Source: an uncultured delta proteobacterium (GTDB lineage Bacteria; Desulfobacterota; Syntrophobacteria; BM002). Taken from it: a DNA stretch of 14,594 nucleotides. How positions within the stretch are numbered: position 1 is the stretch's first letter; every line of letters begins with the position of its first letter. Below are positions 1 through 6,048 of this stretch, one piece after another. The stretch is taken from positions 1 to 14,594 of the forward strand of contig CAVQGX010000050.1 in the NCBI GenBank assembly GCA_963712115.1, read 5' to 3'. Under the pieces are notes generated by a model. The model saw only the letters and a program-made list of their open reading frames with translations. It did not search any database and was not told the origin of the DNA. Made by a program: the position numbers and the translations under genes.

Positions 1-53
1 CCCTTAATTCACACTTTGCTAGAATTTAATCTGGCACAAGATATTGAGAGTAT

Positions 54-98
54 AAACAAGCGGAGCCGAAGCTCCGCATGGTCTTTGAAAAATGAATA
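54..98 (-). terminator. Rho-independent terminator, copy 1 of a repeated element
   Basis: Minus strand GCGGAGC-TTCG-GCTCCGC-TTGTTT directly downstream of the stop at 106; homologous to 1674-1718. Confidence 0.75.
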
Positions 99-105
99 CC
101 TGGCT

Positions 106-1032
106 TCAAAATTGAAGCGTGACACCTGCTGGGGGATTTTGCAAGAAATTCGTTATAGAGGCAATCATCTCTAAGTGAATAGGCATTCCTGCCAATATGA
201 GGGCCAGTTCTGCCCTGTTGAATGAACGCTCAGAGCTGTGAGCAGCGCTATTTCGTGCAATGCGCACAGCCTCTCCTAAAGTGTGAAGGGAACCGGGAAT
301 CATTTCCCACCATTGCCACCATTCAGTTCCCCTACCTTGTGTGCGTAGATTACGCTTAAGTGCCTCGAGCAGCCGTACCGTTGGCTTCCACCTAGCTGAA
401 AAAGACAGAGATGCATTATTACAGTTCTGCCAATCTGAATACCCATCACTATCTGGAGTTGGTGGACTGCAGTTGACTGGAATCGCCTCTAGTAGATCCA
501 TACACATAGTCTCGTTAGCTAAGCCCAGGACAACCATTCCAGCCCTAAAGCATCTTGCTCTTAGACATTGTTGAGCTTCCAGGAGTAACTGAATCTGGCT
601 GTCGCTAACTGTCTGAATACGATCCTGCAAATCTCTTAGCGCTTCAGCCAGATAACCTGGATCATCTACTGAAATAAGTCCATTTGAGAAGTAACTTATA
701 CCTTCCTCAGTGAAATGGAAAGCACCCTGGCTTAAACCCCAGTCGAGAGACTGATCTGTTGTGTAAGGCAGCAATAGACCCATATTTATGGCTGTTTGGT
801 AGACTTTAAGAACTGCATGTCTAAACGGAGGGTATCTGTCCCCTAAGATATGACTTGGTACAATATCCACTTCACGATACTTAGCAAACGCTTTAGCAAT
901 TAACCCACTCTCGCTTTCAACATTGAAATGCTGTCTTACATCGGCTGGATCACTGGAAAGTGCGAATTCTCTTAGCGTTTCCCAAATAATCCTTTTAGCT
1001 TCCAGAGACTCGAATTCTCTCAGGTGAGGCAT
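106..1032 (-). CDS. Hypothetical protein with C-terminal HEPN/DUF4145-like domain (candidate RNase/defence protein)
   Basis: 308-aa ORF. EAQQCLRARCFRAGMVVLGLANE resembles the HEPN/DUF4145 N-terminal helices and RNSAAH is an R-x4-H motif near the C-terminus. Confidence 0.65.
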   Translation of the reverse strand: MPHLREFESLEAKRIIWETLREFALSSDPADVRQHFNVESESGLIAKAFAKYREVDIVPSHILGDRYPPFRHAVLKVYQTAINMGLLLPYTTDQSLDWGLSQGAFHFTEEGISYFSNGLISVDDPGYLAEALRDLQDRIQTVSDSQIQLLLEAQQCLRARCFRAGMVVLGLANETMCMDLLEAIPVNCSPPTPDSDGYSDWQNCNNASLSFSARWKPTVRLLEALKRNLRTQGRGTEWWQWWEMIPGSLHTLGEAVRIARNSAAHSSERSFNRAELALILAGMPIHLEMIASITNFLQNPPAGVTLQF

Positions 1033-1136
1033 GTTATTATCTTTTTGATTTGATATCTGCTTTGCAGTCAGCGAAAGGTAAGTCGCAAAAAGACTGTCTC
1101 TCGAAGATTAGCAAACGTAAAACATCAACTTTTATC

Positions 1137-1166
1137 AGAATACGACAACGAAGTGGGCTGTGTCAA
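1137..1166 (-). promoter_or_regulatory. Sigma70-type promoter for the HEPN-like gene
   Basis: Minus strand TTGACA-N18-TATTCT about 105 bp upstream of the ATG. Confidence 0.55.
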
Positions 1167-1189
1167 ATGAGATGCAGCCTGGAGGGGTG

Positions 1190-1283
1190 GAGAAAAGAAA
1201 ACCCCCACCGAAGCCAGGATATCCGATGGGGGTGGGAAGGAGTCTTAGGTGGGAGAAGCAGGCCACAATTCCCACCCAATTGA
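1190..1283 (-). ncRNA. Candidate two-hairpin small RNA (unit B)
   Basis: Minus strand: stem TTGGGTGGGA/TCCCACCTAA, linker GACTCCTTCCC, then a 12-bp terminator stem ACCCCCATCGGA/TTCGGTGGGGGT followed by TTTCTTTTC. G-U pairs favour the minus strand; -10-like TATCAT just upstream. Confidence 0.45.
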
Positions 1284-1317
1284 TATGATATATAACGGAA
1301 GAGATAAGTTAATACAA

Positions 1318-1462
1318 GAAAAAAAGAAAAAGCCCCCACTGACCCGGCCACTTCCAGCCAATGGGGGCAAAAAACCTGGGCAGGGCTTCAGGTAGGAACC
1401 CTGCCGAGGGCAAGATAAGTCAGAATAGCATAACTGTGGTAGTTTCTGTCAATCCAGAAAAC
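1318..1462 (-). ncRNA. Promoter + candidate two-hairpin small RNA (unit A, copy 1)
   Basis: TTGACA-N19-(TGc)TATTCT, hairpin GGCAGGG..CCCTGCC, then a 13-bp terminator stem GCCCCCATTGGCT/GGGTCAGTGGGGGC with long U-tract; repeated at 3362-3504. Confidence 0.55.
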
Positions 1463-1673
1463 TTACATTTTTGCTTGCAGGTGGGTAGCCAAGAGGGTGG
1501 CGAAAAGAAAGGGACGGACAGGGAAAAAAGGACTAAAAAGGCACGTTTTTTTGTGGTTATGTGGCTAACTATATATCTGTTTTACAGTTATATATTACTG
1601 ATAAAACTATGATAACCAACTAAATTTTAATGTAAATTATTAAGTTTAGTGAAATGAAAGAAGCTCTGTCAAC

Positions 1674-1718
1674 AAACAAGCGGAGCTTCGGCTCCGCTCG
1701 TTCTTTGGAAAGTGAATA
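1674..1718 (-). terminator. Rho-independent terminator, copy 2 of repeated element
   Basis: Minus strand GCGGAGC-CGAA-GCTCCGC-TTGTTT with flanks matching 54-98. Confidence 0.75.
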
Positions 1719-1782
1719 ATAGATTGTCTTTCTTTCTAATTAGTATTGCTCCATGTAATGTTTTGCCTGAATATGTCTGACT

Positions 1783-2175
1783 TCAAGCCTCCAGCTTCAA
1801 TTGGGAAGCCATGTCGTGAATAATCTGACCTTTACGCACATTATCCAAATCCGCCCTTTTGCTTGTTTCAATAACAAAATCCGCAAAAGACTCATAGGCT
1901 TGCTTAAACTTTAGTCTTCGGTCTTCTGCTTTAATTTCTGCCATTATTCTTTGGGAAATAAGATTGAATCCCGATCTTACGGGGTCGTCTCCACCCATGT
2001 CGTTAGAGACTTGATTTAACGTCTCCACTAAATTCAGCCAAAACTCTTTTGGAAATGTAACCTTTGTCTCGAAAACCTTATCTTCATGTTCACTTATTTC
2101 GTTAAAACTAATCTCCATTTCAGGATATCGTTCTGGATTTATGTCCAACATCATAAAACGTCTATCTACCTCCAT
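1783..2175 (-). CDS. Hypothetical protein (130 aa) sharing a C-terminal helical domain with the upstream Zn-PilZ protein
   Basis: Start moved to ATG 2175 (MEVDRRF...), preceded by RBS AAGGAAGGAG. Tail SFADFVIET..DLD..KGQIIH is paralogous to the neighbour. Confidence 0.8.
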   Translation of the reverse strand: MEVDRRFMMLDINPERYPEMEISFNEISEHEDKVFETKVTFPKEFWLNLVETLNQVSNDMGGDDPVRSGFNLISQRIMAEIKAEDRRLKFKQAYESFADFVIETSKRADLDNVRKGQIIHDMASQLKLEA

Positions 2176-2194
2176 AATGCTGCTCTCCTTCCTT

Positions 2195-2242
2195 AAGCGA
2201 AGCCTAAACTCCGTAGTGTTCTTTAACAAATGAATATCCTGG
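2195..2242 (-). repeat. Degenerate third copy of the terminator element
   Basis: aagcgaagcctaaactccgtagtgttctttaacaaatgaatatcctgg aligns to 58-103 aagcggagccgaagctccgcatggtctttgaaaaatgaatacctgg; the stem is disrupted. Confidence 0.65.
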
Positions 2243-2292
2243 TGAGGCTTTGATAACAGCCCGCCTCACGACTTGAGGCTACCGGTCTTGCT

Positions 2293-2922
2293 CTACTTAA
2301 CAAACTTCAATCGCAACGAAGAGGACTTTTCGTGAATCATCTGACCTTTGCAAGCTTTGTCCAAATCCCTTCTACTTATTGTCTCAATGGCAAAATCGGC
2401 AAAAGATTTAAAAATCTCCTTGTTTTGTTGTGTTTTTCTCTCAAATGCCATATCAACCATAATCCTCAGCTGCTTTTCAACCAAAGCAGTGAGAAGCATT
2501 CGGTCTCTGTGTGAAATTCTGGTAAAACGAACGCCCACCCCATGAAACATTGTTTCGTCATCAAGGCAGTAGATGTCAGATTGAACCACTTCCGCATCCA
2601 CAGCTATTCTACGTTTTAAAGGAGGAGTATCTACAATCACCATGGATAATCTTTCTTTTTTCCGTAGACGTATGGAACTACCAATAAAGGCACCACCCGC
2701 ACTAATATCTTTTGCCTGACCAATCACATCCTCTCGGGAGACAGTCAATCTCAGGGGCAAATTGATTCCGACTCGGGGGTATTTGCGTTGTTCCCGGAAG
2801 ACAATTGGAAAAGCTTCGCAGATTGGACACACTTTTTCAATTGACCTTATCATCAGATTGGCTTTGCACCTGGGGCATTTGAATGGCTGCACTTTGACTC
2901 GTTTGATTTCGTAGGAATCCAT
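2293..2922 (-). CDS. Zn-ribbon + PilZ domain + C-terminal shared-domain protein (c-di-GMP receptor candidate)
   Basis: CPRC..CPIC, RKYPR (RxxxR) and DISAGG (DxSxxG) motifs. Likely start is ATG 2922 (or 2934) rather than 3063, which overlaps the upstream gene. Confidence 0.85.
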   Translation of the reverse strand: MDSYEIKRVKVQPFKCPRCKANLMIRSIEKVCPICEAFPIVFREQRKYPRVGINLPLRLTVSREDVIGQAKDISAGGAFIGSSIRLRKKERLSMVIVDTPPLKRRIAVDAEVVQSDIYCLDDETMFHGVGVRFTRISHRDRMLLTALVEKQLRIMVDMAFERKTQQNKEIFKSFADFAIETISRRDLDKACKGQMIHEKSSSLRLKFVK

Positions 2923-2926
2923 AGTG

Positions 2927-3262
2927 CTACTCATGCTGCTCTTTTTCAACCAAGGCAGCAATGTATTGTCTGTCTTCGGGTGATATGTGGATGAACCGAA
3001 TGCCCATACCAAAAACTTTTCTGTTGTGAATATTAAAGGTTCCTGACCAAATCTTCTCAGCAACTACAGAAATGGTTCGTTGTTCAGAAGGCTCTAGAAG
3101 AATAGGGAAGTTTTCTCCAACCCTAGGCTCCTTTGCACAGAAGATGAATACACCGTCAACGCTAATGTCCTTTGTCTCACTCTCTACGGAGCCTTGCGGA
3201 GTTTCAACAACAGCGGGCCAATTGACTAGGATTCTGGGATGTTGACGCCTTTCGATTCCCAT
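2927..3262 (-). CDS. Stand-alone PilZ domain protein
   Basis: ERRQHPR and DISVDG motifs, GMGIRF strand; likely start MGIERR at 3262. Confidence 0.9.
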   Translation of the reverse strand: MGIERRQHPRILVNWPAVVETPQGSVESETKDISVDGVFIFCAKEPRVGENFPILLEPSEQRTISVVAEKIWSGTFNIHNRKVFGMGIRFIHISPEDRQYIAALVEKEQHE

Positions 3263-3333
3263 GAGCGAACACAAATGTTTATTTCTTGGAGGATTATTGC
3301 TTGTACTTCTTCAGAAAGTCTTGAGCTGCTGTT

Positions 3334-3363
3334 AGATTACACGAATGCGGGGAGAACTGGCAA
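3334..3363 (-). promoter_or_regulatory. Sigma70-type promoter for the PilZ cluster
   Basis: Minus strand TTGCCA-N18-TAATCT immediately after the unit A terminator. Confidence 0.45.
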
Positions 3364-3504
3364 GAAAAAAGCCCCCCCTGACCAGTCCAGCAACCAAGGC
3401 CAATGGGGGCATTAAACCTTGGCAGGGCTTTAGGTGAGAACCCTGCCGAGGCGCACCGAAGCTACATTAGCACAAGCGGAGTGGTTTCTGTCTATCCGAA
3501 AAAC
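3362..3504 (-). ncRNA. Promoter + candidate two-hairpin small RNA (unit A, copy 2)
   Basis: TAGACA-N19-(TGc)TAATGT, the same GGCAGGG/CCCTGCC hairpin, terminator GCCCCCATTGGCC..GGTCAGGGGGGGC-TTTTTT; homologous to 1318-1462. Confidence 0.55.
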
Positions 3505-3553
3505 CACCATTTACATAAGATATATAAGAGTGAATATTTTTGGGATTACCCTC

Positions 3554-3582
3554 TTGACATACTTGTCTGATTTTGATAATTT
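3554..3582 (+). promoter_or_regulatory. Promoter of the RHH-integrase operon
   Basis: TTGACA-N17-TAATTT with TGn extension; palindrome GACA-tact-TGTC overlaps the -35. Confidence 0.6.
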
Positions 3583-3614
3583 GTATGTAAAGCATGCAAC
3601 AAGGGGGTGATTAG

Positions 3615-3755
3615 ATGGCAAAGGTAATCATGCTCAGAAACGTGGAAGAGGAACTTCACAGAAGGGTTAAGATGCAAGCGGCAAAAGAGGGAATGACCCT
3701 TCAGGCTTTAGTGACCAAGGCACTCGAACAATACCTTAAAAAAGTTGGGGGGTGA
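3615..3755 (+). CDS. Small ribbon-helix-helix (Arc/ParG/FitA-like) DNA-binding protein, 46 aa, not in ORF track
   Basis: MAKVIMLRNVEEELHRRVKMQAAKEGMTLQALVTKALEQYLKKVGG: strand-helix-G-helix pattern. RBS AAGGGGGTG; stop 5 bp before the integrase ATG. Confidence 0.85.
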   Translation: MAKVIMLRNVEEELHRRVKMQAAKEGMTLQALVTKALEQYLKKVGG

Positions 3756-3760
3756 ACTGA

Positions 3761-4897
3761 ATGGCAACCATTAAGAAAAGAGGTAGTACTTACCAGATTG
3801 ACTACTATGATCCAAGCGGCAAAAGGGTGAGGAAGTCGTTCAAGAAAAGGAAGGATGCTGAAACAGAGTTAGCAGCTCGTCAAGTCAGCATGGCAGATGG
3901 TACATACTTTGAAAAGGCTAAGACCTACACGACGACATTTGAAGAACTGACCGAAAAGTACATAGAGAATTTCAAACACCAGAGATCATTTAAACGGTCA
4001 AAGAGTTATGTGATTGAAGACCTGAAGAAAGAGTTTAAAGGGTATCTGCTGAAAAACATCTCTTATCTGGACATCGAGACATACCGGAACAAGCTAAGAA
4101 ACACTCTCACAGTACATGGCAAGGTCCGCAAAGATGCCACGGTCAACCGATATATGGCTTGCTTGCGCCACATGCTGGCTAAGTCTGTGTCATGGGATAT
4201 GATGGACCGGAACCCGTTTGACAAGGGTGAAAGCCTGCAACTGACGGAGAATAACAGGCGGCTCCGTTACCTGAGTGAAGAGGAAATTCAAACACTCCTG
4301 GCTGAATGCCCGACGAAAGCACCACCGAGGGAGAAAGGGAAGTTTACCCAGGGGCCACAGGCTGTCTACCTGAAGGATTTTATCATCATCGCCATTAACA
4401 CCGGCATGAGAAAGGGCGAGATTCTTTCCTTGAAGTGGGATCAGGTCAGGGGCGAGTTTATCTACCTAGAAAAAACCAAGACGGATAAGGCTAGGCAGAT
4501 ACCTATAAATGACGACCTGGCAGACTGCTTCAAATCCATCAGGAAACGTCAGCCGGTAGGGACCAAATATATCTTTTGTGACCAAAATGGTCACATTTCC
4601 GATATTAAGACCTCTTTCAATGCAGCAATCAAAAGGGCAGGGATTACCGATTTCAGGCCGCACGACCTCAGACACACCTTTGCGAGTCACTATGTCATGC
4701 GTGGGGGATCACTCAGGGCATTGCAGAAAATCCTAGGCCATGCAGACATTAAAATGACCATGCGTTATGCCCATCTATCGAAGGAATTTGCCAGGGAAGA
4801 GATCAAGTTGTTGAACGGTCTTACTTCAGGCAAGAAAAAAGAGGATGGTCACAAAATGGTCACATCCTCCATATCCGATAAAGCTGTCACCAGCTAA
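3761..4897 (+). CDS. Phage-type tyrosine recombinase/integrase
   Basis: N-terminal arm-binding-like region; catalytic TGMRKGE (R), HDLRH (HxxR), LGH and MRY (Y). Confidence 0.96.
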   Translation: MATIKKRGSTYQIDYYDPSGKRVRKSFKKRKDAETELAARQVSMADGTYFEKAKTYTTTFEELTEKYIENFKHQRSFKRSKSYVIEDLKKEFKGYLLKNISYLDIETYRNKLRNTLTVHGKVRKDATVNRYMACLRHMLAKSVSWDMMDRNPFDKGESLQLTENNRRLRYLSEEEIQTLLAECPTKAPPREKGKFTQGPQAVYLKDFIIIAINTGMRKGEILSLKWDQVRGEFIYLEKTKTDKARQIPINDDLADCFKSIRKRQPVGTKYIFCDQNGHISDIKTSFNAAIKRAGITDFRPHDLRHTFASHYVMRGGSLRALQKILGHADIKMTMRYAHLSKEFAREEIKLLNGLTSGKKKEDGHKMVTSSISDKAVTS

Positions 4898-4906
4898 GTT
4901 GTTGAA
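4845..4906. promoter_or_regulatory. att-arm region: tandem ATGGTCACA repeats and IHF-like site
   Basis: ATGGTCACA at 4845-4853 and 4856-4864. TAAGTTGTTGAAA near 4895-4907 resembles IHF YAANNNNTTGATW, next to the tRNA end. Confidence 0.5.
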
Positions 4907-4911
4907 ATAGT

Positions 4912-4988
<77 letters not shown>

Positions 4989-5005
4989 ACCCGGTGTAAA
5001 GTTTA

Positions 5006-5034
5006 CTTATATCAAGTAGATGAAGAAGTGTCAA
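5006..5034 (-). promoter_or_regulatory. tRNA promoter
   Basis: TTGACA-N17-TATAAG on the minus strand upstream of the tRNA. Confidence 0.55.
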
Positions 5035-5208
5035 CGTAATTATTGTTGACCCAGGGCCGAGCAATCTGCTAGTAAAAGAAGTTGATCGATTTTTCCTTGA
5101 GCCCAATATTTCACCCTCCCGCCAAACTGATTGGTGAAATATTGGGGCTAGATAACGCGACGAGTGATGGTGTAAGAGCATGTAACCCCAGATGCGTATA
5201 GCATACCC

Positions 5209-5853
5209 ATGCAAAAACACAACGTCTTTCTCGTTGATGACCACACTATTTTTGCCGAGTCCCTGAAACTTCTCCTAGAAGCCAGACCCGAGTTTTGTGT
5301 GATCGGCAGTACCGACAGCTGCCACTCCGCTATTGACCAGGTCAAGAAGTGTCGACCTGATCTCGTTCTCATGGACATTTCTATGCCCGACCTGAGCGGA
5401 ATCGAGGCGACTCGTCTAATCATTAAAGCACTACCTGACACCAAAGTGGTTGCCCTCACCATGCACAAAGACGAGGGATTTGTTGCCCAGTTTTTTGAAG
5501 CTGGTGGCTCGGGCTATCTAGTGAAAGACGCCGACGCCCAATGCTTATTTGGCGCTCTCAAAGCCATCTGCAGAGGAGAACGATTTCTGAGTCCGTCCAT
5601 ATCGGGCCACCAGATCAAGGGATACGAGGAAATCGGCGAAGAAAAGGATCGACCAAAGCTTTCTCCTCGCGAGAGGGAGGTGCTTAAGCTCATAGCAGAA
5701 GGGAAAAGCAGGAAGGAGATCGGCAAGAGACTCAACATAAGCGTCCGAACTCTGGACACTCACCGCACCAATATTCTCTTGAAGCTTGGCTGCAAGAGCA
5801 CAGCCGAGCTGGTGCATTATGCAGTACGCAGAAACCTTGTTGAACTAATCTGA
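5209..5853 (+). CDS. NarL/FixJ-family response regulator (REC + LuxR HTH)
   Basis: LVDDH, LMDISMP (phospho-Asp), LTMH, YLVKD; C-terminal LSPREREVLKLIAEGKSRKEIG..TLDTHR. Confidence 0.95.
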   Translation: MQKHNVFLVDDHTIFAESLKLLLEARPEFCVIGSTDSCHSAIDQVKKCRPDLVLMDISMPDLSGIEATRLIIKALPDTKVVALTMHKDEGFVAQFFEAGGSGYLVKDADAQCLFGALKAICRGERFLSPSISGHQIKGYEEIGEEKDRPKLSPREREVLKLIAEGKSRKEIGKRLNISVRTLDTHRTNILLKLGCKSTAELVHYAVRRNLVELI

Positions 5854-5905
5854 CCGCCTATAGCAAGCCAACCGAAAGAGTTTCAAACCTCCACTGTTTT
5901 TACAC

Positions 5906-6044
5906 CACGAAGAACACGAAGAGCACAAAGAGCGTAAAGCAAAGCGCATGGCACCAATTCGTTCATTTAAGGGTTATGGGTCATAGGTAATGGGTTATAG
6001 GTAGGATGCATCCCGTAACCCATTACCCATGACCTATTACCTTC
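5906..6044. repeat. 9-mer tandem repeat plus inverted heptamer-array hairpin between convergent genes
   Basis: cacgaagaa/cacgaagag/cacaaagag; then (gggttat gggtcat aggtaat gggttat) inverted to (gtaaccc attaccc atgacct attacct) around palindrome ggatgcatcc. Confidence 0.8.
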
Positions 6045-6048
6045 CTTC

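Larger units (their letters stand above)
1..4911. mobile_element. Integrative element / genomic island (right end) inserted at tRNA-Ala 3' end; left boundary outside window
   Basis: Tyrosine integrase ends 14 bp from the tRNA CCA end. Accessory cargo, internal duplications and visibly AT-richer intergenic DNA lie to the left. No second copy of the tRNA 3' end was seen in the window. Confidence 0.8.

Noticed and set aside
31-48. Sigma54 promoter (CTGGCAC...)
   Set aside because: The -12 TTGC element is absent at the required spacing.
1361-1612. Plus-strand ORF MGAKNLGRASGRNPAE and its in-frame counterpart MGALNLGRALGENPAE at 3403-3570
   Set aside because: No RBS. Similarity tracks the RNA stems and promoter boxes, differences are largely non-synonymous, and the C-termini are unrelated, so it is better explained by the non-coding repeat.
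2176-2229. N-terminal extensions given in the ORF track (2229, 3063, 3274)
   Set aside because: They overlap a repeat element or the upstream gene, or use weak starts; downstream ATG starts fit better.
3362-3460. c-di-GMP riboswitch upstream of PilZ genes
   Set aside because: Lacks the class I GNRA tetraloop/receptor and GCAAAG-type motifs and the class II features, and the same unit precedes a non-PilZ gene.
54-4897. Classical integron
   Set aside because: The integrase lacks the IntI-specific insertion between the catalytic motifs, and no attC core sites were recognised.
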